Assembly (NCBI GenBank): GCA_051047955.1
Contig: JBPGPT010000053.1
Span: forward strand, 1-64,000
DNA from: Cystobasidiomycetes sp. EMM_F5
Taxonomy: Eukaryota
DNA: 64,000 bases
Direction of reading: 5' to 3'
Numbering within the stretch: the stretch's first letter is position 1; each line of letters starts with the position of its first letter. The position numbers and the translations under genes were made by a program. Shown here in pieces: positions 1-11,651 of the stretch. Below the pieces are notes generated by a model that was not told where the DNA came from, did not search any database, and saw nothing but the letters and a program-made list of their open reading frames with translations.

Positions 1-84
1 TGAGTGAGTGAGTGAGTGAGTGAGTGAGTGAGTGAGTGAGTGAGTGAGTGAGTGAGTGAGTGAGTGAGTGAGTGAGTGAGTGAG
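1..84. repeat. (TGAG)n tetranucleotide microsatellite, at least 21 copies, truncated by the window edge; lies in an intron of the minus-strand CRAL-TRIO gene
   Basis: Perfect TGAG repeat from base 1 to 84. The upstream minus-strand exon ends at a GTGGGT-type donor just before the (CTCA)n run. Confidence 0.95.
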
Positions 85-826
85 GATCGACCCACATAAC
101 TGGCCTCCCATGCCTATCCGTCCCGTAGAGGTAGCCCTTGCCAGAAGTCATCTGAAACAGAAACCCCTGCCTGCTCTGCATGCCTTCCTCCCCTTCCGAA
201 CATATATCCTCGACACCCGACTCTATCCTCCATTTTATGCACGCCGCCATCATTGCCACACCAGCAGAAGGGTTCCACTTGCGCGCTCGTAGAAACTTGA
301 GTGCGAGTGCGTCTGGATGGTCCATTGCAATAAACCTCCAGAATGTGGCTAGGAACCTGTCACTCCCGTACTGCTCGAGGGCGAGTCGAGCATTCTTCAT
401 CTCTTCGTCTGCCCGATGCTTCTCCTTTGCGGCGTCGTCCTAGGAAACGAAGCAGAGTGTCAGGGTCAATAAAACGTTTGGATGGGGACATCATGGCATG
501 CCTTTGGTGGCGGGGGTGCGTCATGGGAGTGGTTGTTTGAATGAGACGGGGACGCGCTTGCGTCAGAGTAGCCTTGTTTCGGAGCATTATCCACAAGCTG
601 GGCGAGCAACATCGTCAGTCAGGTCAGCCTGTAGCATACCATCGTCAGTCACCGTCAAGAGATGCTAAGTTTGCGAAAACGAGTGAGTTTTCCGCCATTC
701 CAACTCGCACAAGTCTTTCGTACGCACACTCCAGAACTGTCTGAGCTTGTGCGACTGTTCGCGGGTCAGCCGTCCGACCACTCCGTCCGCTGAAGGGATA
801 TCATCAGTAAATCGGCCAGTTTGCAT
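1..826 (-). CDS. CRAL-TRIO/Sec14-family lipid transfer protein, CSR1/SFH2-like (multi-exon, 3' part outside the window; start may extend to 949)
   Basis: Manual minus-strand translation gives MQTGRFTDDIPSADGVVGRLTREQSHKLRQFWS, then ...FWRFIAMDHPDALALKFLRARKWNPSAGVAMMAACIKWR...FLFQMTSGKGYLYGTDRHGRPV. These are the CRAL-TRIO_N FLRARKW motif and the GxDxxGRPV motif. The main exon (about 95-439) is missed by the ORF track. Confidence 0.85.
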
Positions 827-1388
827 CCAAAAAGGCTGGTTCGACCTGGGAGAGGGTTTGCTGCGACCATGCTGTCCAATGTGAGGGTTTATATCACCAT
901 CTTGCCCATTTATTGCATGTTTCCTTCCATCCAGTTGTTGCGTTTCCAAGCATTCCTCAGACGAAACCCGCGTTGGCTTCAGACCAAACGGCGAGGACGG
1001 CGACGACGAGCAGGACGGCGAGCATCAACGAGCAAGGCAAGGGCAGGACGGCGAGGACGAGGACGGCGTTGCGGTAGCACTCAACAGCCAGCAACCAGGC
1101 TCAGCGGCAGTGCTGGAAACGATATCGAACCATATTCACGACGGCGACGCGACGTTTTGGACGACGACGAGGCCAGCTTGGAGTTGGAGTCGCCTATCGA
1201 TATCCAAGACCATCACACGCCCTCATTCCCCCCATCCATCCAGCTCAAACGAGCCAAATATCGCTCAAACCCGCCATTTCAAATCAAATCAAAAAACAAC
1301 GGCGAGCAGCATAAAACTAACCTCTCATTCAAGCGCCCTCCCTCTCTACTGACCACCGCATGCTCAGCGGCCTCTCTTTCAACCAACA

Positions 1389-4300
1389 ATGAGCGGCCAT
1401 GGTCCGAGCGGGAATGGGAACGGAAACGGAAACGGAAACGCCCAAGGGCAAGGGCAAGGGCAACCTCACCCAATGCACGCCCCGCCCAGCGTGTCGGCGT
1501 CGTCCATGACGGCAGCGGCGGCGGCAGACGCCTACTACAACTCCGCCTCCAAGCTCCGCGAACCCTACCCGGCCTGGGTCAACAACATTCCCCTGTCAAA
1601 GGAGGAGATTGAGGATGTCTACATTGACCTCGCAAACAAGTTTGGCTTCCAGAGGGACTCGATGCGAAACATGTACGATCATCTCATGGTACAGCTCGAT
1701 TCCAGGGCGTCGAGTGAGTGATTTGGTGTATCCGTCGGGGCGTGGCGGTGTGGAATGCAAATAAGATCATTGCTGACGTTGTACGCTGTCGACTGCAGGA
1801 ATGAGTCCGAATCAGGGTGGGTAGTAGTCTACTGTTCCCCGATCCGACTGACCTGTCACTCACAGCCCTGCTCACACTCCACGCCGACTATATCGGAGGC
1901 GAGAATGCAAACTACCGCAAATGGTACTTTGCATCCACCCTAAACCTCGACGACGCTATCGGCCAGACGCAGAATGCCGCCCTGCCAGGTCTGGCTCGCA
2001 AGGCAAAGACTGGTGCAGCAAAGTCGGTCGAATCGGCTGCAAACCGATGGAGGCATGCAATGGCAAACATGTCGCAGTATGACCGCGTACGCCAACTAGC
2101 CCTCTACCTCCTCTGCTGGGGCGAAGCTGCCCAAGTCCGCTTCGTGCCAGAGTGTCTGTGCTTCATCTTCAAATGCGCAGACGACTATTACCGGAGTCCA
2201 GAATGTCAGAATCGAGTGGAGCCTGTCCCTGAAGGCCTGTACCTTCGTGCAGTCATTCGTCCTCTGTATCGCTTCATTCGCGACCAGTCGTACGAAGTTG
2301 TCGAGGGCGTCTTTGTCAAGAAGGAAAAGGACCACGACCAAACGATTGGCTACGACGATGTCAACCAGCTCTTTTGGTACCCCGAAGGTATCGCACGCAT
2401 CGTTCTCACAGACAAGACAAGACTCATCGACGTTCCGCCCAACCAACGCTTCATGAAGTTTGACAAGATTGAGTGGGCGCGTGTGTTTGAAAAGACCTAC
2501 TTTGAACGAAGGTCATTCCTCCACCTTCTCGTCAATTTCAACCGTATCTGGGTGTCGCACATTGGCATGTACTGGTTCTACACTGCCTTTATCGCAACAA
2601 ACATCTACACTCTGTCTGGTCAAAAGGATTACGCTCCCGCTATGCGCTGGTCGGCTGTCGGTCTCGGGGGAGCAGTCACTTCGCTCATCATGATTGCTGC
2701 CACGCTCGCAGAGTACAGCTACGTTCCGCGCACTTGGAACAATACAAAGCACCTTACAGGCAGGCTCATCTTTCTCCTCGTCATCTTTGCCTGTACCCTC
2801 GGTCCCTTTGTCTATGTCTCGCACGGCACATCTATACGCTTCACAATGACGGCCCGCATCGTGGCCTACGTGCAGTTTGCTATCGCCATCGTTGCGACCT
2901 TTACCTTTGCCATCGTGCCTTCTGGACGGATGTTTGGAGATCGCGTAGCCGGTAAAGCTCGCAAATACCTTGCCAACCAGACCTTTACCGCATCCTACCC
3001 TCGTCTAACGCGACACGAGCGCATGGTCAGCATTCTCCTTTGGGTGCTCGTCTTTGGCTGCAAATTTACCGAATCATACTTTTTCCTGACCCTGTCTTTC
3101 GAGAATCCGATCCGTGTCATGGTTGGTATGCGAGTACAGAACTGCAGCGACAAGATCATGGGTGCCAATCTCTGTCGATACCAGCCAACATTTGCGCTAG
3201 TAGCCATGTTCATCATGGACATCGTCCTCTTCTTCCTCGATACCTTCTTGTGGTACGTTATCTGGAACACGGTCTTCTCCATCGCACGTTCATTTGCGTT
3301 GGGTTTGTCCATCTGGACACCGTGGAAGGACATCTTTACCCGACTGCCGAAACGCATCTACGCCAAGCTGCTGGCTACGGCGGATATGGAAATTAAATAC
3401 AAGCCCAAAGTCCTCGTGTCACAAGTCTGGAACGCAGTCATCATATCAATGTACCGTGAGCATCTCCTCTCCATCGACCATGTACAGCGTCTCTTGTACC
3501 ATCAAGTTGCTTCCGAGGTAGACGGTCGCCGTACGCTACGAGCACCTGTCTTCTTTGTCGCGCAAGGCGATAGCAAGCTCAAGCAGGAATTCTTCCCCAG
3601 CGGATCCGAGGCTGAACGTCGAGTCTCCTTCTTTGCTCAGTCACTTACAACGTCCATTCCGGAACCGCTGCCTGTGGACGCCATGCCCACATTTACCGTT
3701 CTCACACCGCACTACTCGGAGAAGATTCTCTTGTCTCTTCGTGAAATCATCCGTGAAGAGGATCAGCACACTCGCGTTACTCTACTTGAATACCTGAAGC
3801 AATTGCATCCGATTGAATGGGACAACTTTGTACGCGACACCAAGATTCTGGCAGAGGAATCTTCTGTCTTTTCGGCATATCCATTCGCAAATGGCCAAGG
3901 CGCGGATAGCGAGAAGGGCGATTCCAAGAGTAAGGCTGCTGATGACATTCCCTTCTACACTATCGGTTTCAAGTCTGCCGCTCCGGAATATACGTTACGT
4001 ACCCGTATCTGGGCTTCACTTCGTGCACAGACCCTGTATCGAACCGTTTCAGGGTTTATGAACTACAGCAAAGCCATCAAGCTGCTCTACCGCGTCGAAA
4101 ACCCAGAGGTTGTCCAACAATTCGGAGGTAACACTGAGCGACTCGAACGCGAGCTCGAACGAATGGCTCGTCGCAAATTCCGATTCGTCATTTCCATGCA
4201 GCGTTACAGCAAGTTCAGCAAGGAAGAAGTCGAAAACACAGAATTCTTACTTCGCGCATACCCGGATCTGCAGATTGCTTATTTAGATGAGGAGAGACCC

Positions 4301-6907
4301 CGAAAGGAGGGCGGCGAACCGCGCATATATTCTGCTCTTATCGATGGGCATTCTGAGATCATGCCAGACGGACGTCGTCGACCCAAGTTCCGCATCGAGT
4401 TACCCGGTAATCCGATCCTTGGTGACGGCAAATCAGACAATCAGAATCACGCAATCATCTTCTATCGCGGTGAATACGTTCAGCTTATCGATGCCAATCA
4501 AGACAACTACCTCGAAGAATGCATCAAGATTCGCAACGTGCTCGGCGAGTTCGAGGAATTGCATATCGGAGCCAAGGACCCGTATGCAACGAATTCTGCG
4601 CAGCAGGCCAAGTCGCCAGTCGCTATTGTCGGTGCAAGAGAGTACATTTTCTCGGAGAATATCGGTATCCTCGGTGATGTCGCTGCTGGCAAGGAGCAGA
4701 CATTTGGCACTCTTCTTGCGAGGTCTCTCGCTCACATTGGTGGAAAATTGCATTACGGTCATCCTGATTTCCTCGCCGCCATCTACATGACGACTCGCGG
4801 TGGTGTCTCAAAAGCGCAAAAGGGCCTGCATCTCAACGAAGATATCTATGCCGGTATGAATGCGTTTGGTCGAGGTGGCAGAATCAAGCATACCGAATAC
4901 TATCAGTGCGGTAAAGGTCGTGATCTGGGCTTTGGCACTATTCTTAATTTCCAGACCAAGATTGGGACGGGAATGGGTGAACAGATGCTCTCCCGTGAAT
5001 AGTGAGTAACTATGTCATTCGCACAATAGCTTGGAGTGTGACTGATGTATTTCGTTATTACAGCTACTACCTTGGCACACAGCTGCCTTTGGATCGATTC
5101 CTCACCTTCTACTACGCGCATCCTGGTTTCCACATCAACAACATTCTTATTATTTCGGCTGTACAGCTCTTCATGCTGGTATTAGTCATGCTCGGAACGA
5201 TGAATCAAGGTCTTTTCATCTGCCGATATACCGCAGATGGTCAATTCTTCGGCAATCAGAATGGATGTTACAACCTTGTGCCCGTCTATGACTGGATCAA
5301 GCGTTGCGTCATTTCCATCTTTATCGTGTTCTTCATCGCCTTCTTGCCACTCTTCCTGCAGGAGTTGTGCGAGAGAGGCGTTCTAAAAGCCTTATACCGT
5401 CTCGGGAAGCAGTTCCTGTCGCTGTCGCCCATCTTCGAAATCTTCAACACGCAAATCCTCACTCACTCCATCCTCAGCGACCTGTCCTTTGGTGGTGCCC
5501 GTTATATCGCTACTGGCCGTGGTTTCGCAACATCGCGTATCTCCTTCTCTATCCTTTATGCGCGTTTCGCCGGTCCGTCGATCTATATGGGGATGAGATT
5601 GCTGGTCATGCTCCTCTACATTACCTTGACTGTTTGGATCTGGCATCTCATCTACTTCTGGATTACAATCTGTATGTCAAACACGCCCATCGTATCCGAC
5701 AGAAGTCAACATGCAGCTGACTTAGTACTTGAATACAGCTGCGCTTGTCATCGCTCCTTTCGTGTTCGACCCACACTTCTTCCAGATTGGTGACTTCATC
5801 ATCGACTACCGAGAATGGCTAAGATGGCTGTCCCGAGGCAACTCCAAGTCGCATGCCAATTCATGGATTGGCTACTGCAGACTCAGCCGGACTAGAATCA
5901 CAGGCTTTAAGAAGAAGAGTAAGCGTTACCTTACTATCCATCATCGCGCAGGCAGCTTACCATTGTTCGCTCAGGACTTGGTGTTCCCTCCGAAAAGCTC
6001 GCTGTCGATGTTCCGCGTGCGAGCTTGAAGACTGTCATTGTTTCCGAGCTGTCTGGCCCTTTGGTCGGTGCGGTCGTTATGATCATTTCGTACAGCTTCG
6101 TCAAATCTCTCGAAAGACCGGCTGTTAACGCCTTATTGCGTATCGCCATCATTTCGCTGGGGCCTCTCGTTTGGAATATGGTAGTCCTCCTGTCCTTATT
6201 CTTCACATCGCTCTTCTTTGGCCCCATGTTGGCAAACTGCTGTGGCAAGGTGCGTAGCTCTGACTACGGTCTACCCCTTTCTAACTGACCAGATTCTGAA
6301 AAAACAGTTCGGTGCGACAATGGCGGCGATTGCTCACACCTTGAGCGTTGTCGGCATGATTGGCTTCATGGAATTCTTGTGGTATCTGGAACGGTGGAAC
6401 GTATCTCATGCTGTGCTCGGCATCCTTACCGCCATGGCTATTCAGCGATTCTTCCTCAAGCTCCTCACGGCTATCTTCCTCAGTCGTGAGCTGAAGAGTG
6501 GCGAGTCTAACCATGCTTGGTGGACTGGGCGTTGGTACGGACGAGGACTGGGAGGTCAAGCATTCACGCAGCCTTTGCGCGAGTTTGTCGTCAAGATTGT
6601 CGAAGCTTCTGCATTCGCAGCCGACTTTTTGACTGGCCAATTCATGCTCTTCCTTCTCTTCATTCCGTGCCTTATCCCATACTTCGACCGCATACACTCT
6701 GTTGGCTTGTTCTGGCTTCGACCATCTCAACAGATTCGGCCACCAATTCTGTCGTACAAGCAACGAGCTATGCGCCGAAAGATCATCTTCAAGTACAGTT
6801 TGGTCTTCCTGCTGTCATTTGCATTCTTTGCAGCTCTCATTGTGGTGCCGGTCGTCTTCAGGACGCGCATCTCAGAATTGAATTGCAGGATATGCAACAA
6901 TATCTAA
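1389..6907 (+). CDS. FKS1: 1,3-beta-glucan synthase catalytic subunit (GT48), multi-exon
   Basis: ORFs 1389-1721, 1817-5002, 5002-5793, 5729-6028, 6025-6288 and 6218-6907 join through GT-AG introns, including an approximately 18-nt microexon (R-MSPNQ). Motifs: [29 protein letters not shown], [55 protein letters not shown]. Confidence 0.98.
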
Positions 6908-7250
6908 AAGAAGAGTGCTTGCGAGACCGCAAGACCCAAGAAACATGATGTATACGATGCAGTCTCACGACACGTACACTTCGCTCGCTCAAGCCAGGCT
7001 GCGAGACGGACACTGCCTGTTTTTCTGCCTCATTTGTCATTCGTTATTGCTATTTTTCTCATTTCTACACGTCTTCAGTCGTGGTAGTACTGTAATGTTA
7101 GAATTATGCAATACATTCTAAATTGCGAATGATGTCTATCGTACAACAATGCGTGGGTATCTCTGTGTTTCGTATATCCTGCTTCTTCCTGCTGCAACTT
7201 CGGCACAATAACAGAACATAACACCACACGTAGAAGTGGTGACGCCCGCT

Positions 7251-8643
7251 TTATATGCGGATACCCTTCTCGCGAGCACTGTCGACTGCATTTCGTAATT
7301 GCTCCAGAATCATGAAAATTATCAGACTATTAGGACCAAGCCGTATCCACGCTGGCGTCCAGCCACGGAGCATCCAGCCGACGCCTTCCGTCTTGAATGC
7401 TTGACTAATGATGTTCGGCAGACTTGAGTGGGTCTGTGCGTTCATTATCTGGCACACCTCTGACTGTTAGCGCGAGTTCTGCAAGGACTTCAATGCAGCG
7501 ACTCACGCGGGACTTTATCACGTCAAAAGGCTGAGTACTGTTGGGAGGCTTAATTTTTAGACGAATCGCCTCAGTCAACCTACGTGACCGCACTGTACTC
7601 ACATTGTCGTCGCAACTGTACCAGCCATCAAGCCGGCAGTAAAGTGGAGGGCGAGTCCTTCGCGGAAACGACCCGTTGTCATGAGCATATCTTTAAAAGT
7701 ATCATATGTCGCCAGTTGACTGGCATTCATGAGTATGGCACGAGCTGTGTTTGGTCCGAGGCCTCGGAAGAGAGCCATGACACCTTCGCTGCGTACTATT
7801 TGACTGACGCCGTGCAGTCTGTAACGGTGAGTGTGTGTGTAGGAGCGGACAGGTTGGTCAGGTGTGACAATCTCGCGGCCACACTTTTGAGCGTCACCTA
7901 CGCATGACGATAGTTGAGTCTATCTTGCGGGCTTCTATTCACGTCGCCTATCATTCGTACTGCAACGGTGAACGAGCTCAGTCGTGCATGTTGTGATGGA
8001 GTGGTCGCAGGAATGATTACCCAGGACGATATCTGCAGGGTTACCGACGAGTCCTCCCGCTGCCCCTGCGACTGAAGCTGCGAGGGCCAGCTTCCACGGC
8101 GGAGTTGGCTTACTGCTTCCGTCTGCAAGTTTTTCCTTGAGCGTGTCATAGACGGCGAAGCGGGTGACGGAGTATGTGCTTTGGACGGGGTTAGCGGTAC
8201 GGAATCGTTGACGAGATTGAAAGCGGGACCCACAGCTGCCGCAGCAAGCTGGCTGACAGACCTGGATAGGCTCCCTTGCGGAGGCCTGGCCGTCAACAAC
8301 ATCGCGCAAACAACACACATCAGCCTGGAGAAGACTACCGGGAGAATATCCTACAGCCTCACCGTCCTTCTTGACCGACTCTGCGAGCACCTGGAGCATG
8401 GAATGGCACTGGCTCGTCTGCATTCGGACTTTGGCGACGTCGAGCGGATGGGTGCAAACGGCGGCGAAGGACGCGGCGGCACCCCCGAGCCATCTGACAG
8501 CGTCGACCAAGCCATCAGCAGTGCTCTAGCAGACATCCGAGATCCCTCCCAGCTCACATCGGATACGGCTGCTTCTTTCTCGTCCTGGAAGCGAGCTTTG
8601 CTCTCGGGGGAACCTGGGACGTGGACGTAGCTGACGGGCTCAT
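7251..8643 (-). CDS. DIC1: Mitochondrial dicarboxylate carrier (SLC25A10-like), multi-exon
   Basis: Spliced N-terminus MSPSATSTSQ...KQPYPIWLGGAAASFAAVCTHPLDVAKVRMQ. Also TYSVTRFAVYD, GNPADIV, QPFDVIKSR and GWTPAWIRLGP. All three Px[DE]xx[KR]-type carrier signatures are recognisable. Confidence 0.9.
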
Positions 8644-8859
8644 CTTTCCGGCATGCTTCCTTGTCGAATATCGCAGTGCTTCCCATCCATTTCTTTGAAA
8701 TTACTTTCAATATCTCTAATCTCCTCGGTCACTTTTGCAATCGATGTCCGCACGTGAGGGGCTCGGCAATAAAGACGGCAAGCAGGAAGAAAAACTCGAA
8801 ACTGAAAGCAACAACGCAGGTTGACTCTGCTCCATCCACTGATTAACTGACGGGAAAGG

Positions 8860-10069
8860 ATGCCTGGTCCGGTTACAATCAGCTACAGAGACCTGCTGAA
8901 AGATGACTGCTCTCCGCTTCATCAAGACATATCCGCCGCTTTTGGATCCAGCAAAGACGCCCTGGGCATAATCCTCGTATCAGACCTGCCGGAGGAATGG
9001 CCAAAACTACGCGAGAACGCTATGCGTGCAGCCGCTAGATTCGCAAGCCTTCCCGAGAGCGTCAGGGAAAAGTACACGGATCCAGACTCGTCCTACTCGT
9101 TTGGCTGGTCGCACGGCAAGGGTGGGCGTCAGTCATGCAGAGAAGACGATAACGCTGACTTTGAGACATTTAGAAATTATGAACGGCAGGCCAGACACGA
9201 TGAAGGGGTCATTCTATGCCAACCCCACGACAGACCATCCTCAGGCAAGCGACGACCAGCGCAAACAACACCCAACGTACCTTAGAGACAACATTTGGCC
9301 GTCCGAGCAAGACTGTCCAGGATACAAGGAGGCGCACAAGGCTCTGTCCGAGTTCATGACCGGTGTCGGGCTCCGACTAGCCAAAGCATGCGATCAGCTG
9401 GTCGCGCAATATACCTCTACCTCCTCTATAGAGACGATGATTCGACAGAGTCAATGCTCAAAAGCGCGATTACTCCACTACTACCCGGTTCCGGGGCAAG
9501 TTGTGAGGTCGGACGAGAAGTCTTCACCAAATGGTCATGCTGGCAGCAAACGAGCAGACAGCGACGACTATTGCGGAGATCACCTAGATCACTCCCTCCT
9601 TACTGCTCTGTGTCCAGCAATGTACCTCTTCCACCCAGATGAACCTTCAGCGGACTCTCAACCAGCCATTGCTGTCCCTGCTCCGACTGCAGACGCAGGG
9701 CTATTCATTCGCAGTCGGAACGGCAAGACTGTCAAGACGGCGATACCTGCCGACTGCATGGCGTTCCAGACTGGCGAAGCACTGCAGCTGCTGAGTCGAG
9801 GCAAGCTTCAAGCTACCCCGCACTACGTGTCTGCTGGTACTGGTTCTTCGGTGCTGCCGCAGGTCCACGAAGCCATCGAGGCGTACAAGCGGCATCATCC
9901 CGAATACAAGGACGTCACTTCGGGTACAATATCTCGCGAGACCATGGCGGTATTCCTGCAGCCAAGCGTTGATGATGTGATTGGAGGAGATGCCCGTGGT
10001 CAGAAAGCGGAGACGTTTGGCCAGTTTACGCGGCGGATCATTGCGGAGCACTATTCCGAGTCGGGGTAG
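8860..10069 (+). CDS. 2-oxoglutarate/Fe(II)-dependent dioxygenase (IPNS/DIOX_N-like), one intron at about 9122-9173
   Basis: DALGIILVSDLP, YSFGWSHGKE, RLLHYYP, HxD (DHLDHSLLT), FQTGEALQ, distal His (ATPHYV) and SRETMAVFLQP. Confidence 0.85.
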
Positions 10070-10341
10070 CGTGTCCGAGTTGTATTCGCCGTCGCTCGAG
10101 TCATTCATCGTGTAGCATTCCATGACATATCGTATGACTTGTCGCCGGGTACTCGGCATTCGAACGGCTGACACATAAAATGACACGACCATGGCTTTTC
10201 CTTTTGCTTTGCTCTTTTCGACCAACCAACTGGAGCACTGTCCAACATTTCGCATGAAACATTGACTGCCGCCTGCGATACTGCTCCAACGAGTTGGGCT
10301 GGCTGACGCTGCTGGATGGTGTAAAAGTCTGGCAAAGAAAT

Positions 10342-11485
10342 ATGACGGCGGCAGCGATATGGCTGCAGGCTGGGCGATGGAGCGGAAAGAGCGGCATCGC
10401 AGCGTCGCAACGTAGACTTACAGCAAAGCAAGCATCCTTTCACTCCACGGCGGCCAATTCAAGCGCTCGTCCAGCAGAAGACTCACCCCGAGCCCGCAAG
10501 AAGGTCACCCTCAAGACGCTGCAGCACAGATACATTACACAAACTCCAATTACCATGCTCACTGCGTACGATTACTCGAGTGCCAGGTTCATCGAACAGG
10601 CCGAGATTGATGTGTGTCTGGTCGGAGACTCGCTGGCAATGGTCGCATGCGGGTATCAAACGACAAACGAAATTGGGATGGACGAGATGCTATATCACTG
10701 TCGTGCGGTCTCTAGAGGCGCAAAGACTCCGTTACGGATAGGAGACATGCCATTCGGAAGTCACCAACCTTCTCTCGAAGTCGGCATCACAAACGCTATC
10801 CGTATGCTGCGGGAGGGTGGCATGGAAGCTATAAAGATTGAAGGTGGCATGGACGCAGTCCCAATCATCAGCAAACTCGTCGACCTCGGTATTCCGGTCA
10901 TGGGTCATGTTGGCTTGATGCCGCAAAGACAGGTGCGGACTTGACGAGACCTCCTGCTGACGGAAAGACCGCTGTTGTGCTTAGAGAATTGTGTTGACCC
11001 AGTCGGCCTTGTCGGGCTATCGCGTACAAGGCAAGACGGCCGAAGCGGCGATGCGATTAGTAAAGGAAGCACTAGCCGTACAAGAAGCTGGAGCTTTTGC
11101 GATGATTGTCGAAGCTGTACCTGCTCAAGTAGCGGAGAAGCTGACCACCACTCTGAGCATTCCCACAATAAGTACGCCTGTATTCGTAGCAAAGACGTTG
11201 CGTCCAAGCTGACGTGACGCTTCAGGCATCGGCGCGGGAGCAGGATGTTCTGGCCAGGTGCTAGTCACGCACGATATGCTTGGAATGACGGATCGAGTCC
11301 CGCGGTTCTGCAAGACCTTTGGCGAGATCGGCAAAGCGACCGTAGAAGCAATTTCGAGATACCGCGAAGAAGTGCGCAACAAGACCTTCCCAGACTCAGT
11401 ACAGAATACATACGAGATGCCCCCTGAAGAGTGGCAGCGGTTTTTGGAGCTCCATAGCGACTTTGAAAAGAGTATAGCCAGATAG
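10342..11485 (+). CDS. ECM31: 3-methyl-2-oxobutanoate hydroxymethyltransferase (ketopantoate hydroxymethyltransferase, PanB) with a mitochondrial-type leader
   Basis: ITMLTAYD, CLVGDSLAMV, GDMPFGS, IKIEGG, GHVGLMPQ, GYRVQGK, IGAGAGCSGQVLVTHDMLG. Two introns. Confidence 0.95.
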
Positions 11486-11651
11486 ACAAATATGCGACAG
11501 AGACCAGGCCATAACGTCGTTGAACGCAATAGCAAGTAGTAGCCGTATAGTGCAAGTCGCAGTCGTGACTGTTCAGTCTTCATACAACAACAGGGTAACG
11601 GAGCATGGCTTGCTACTGCCTGATCGAAACACACAACGTCTCAAACACGCA

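Noticed and set aside
1..84. Telomeric repeat at the window start
   Set aside because: The unit is TGAG, not TTAGGG-like, and it lies within an intron of a gene that continues beyond the window edge.
821..1612. 263-aa Arg-rich ORF upstream of FKS1
   Set aside because: Low-complexity reading of GGC/GAC-rich leader DNA that overlaps FKS1 exon 1 in another frame; non-ATG start and no domain.
7251..11485. Metabolic gene cluster (DIC1, 2OG oxygenase, PanB)
   Set aside because: No backbone synthase or cluster regulator is present, and no shared pathway is evident.
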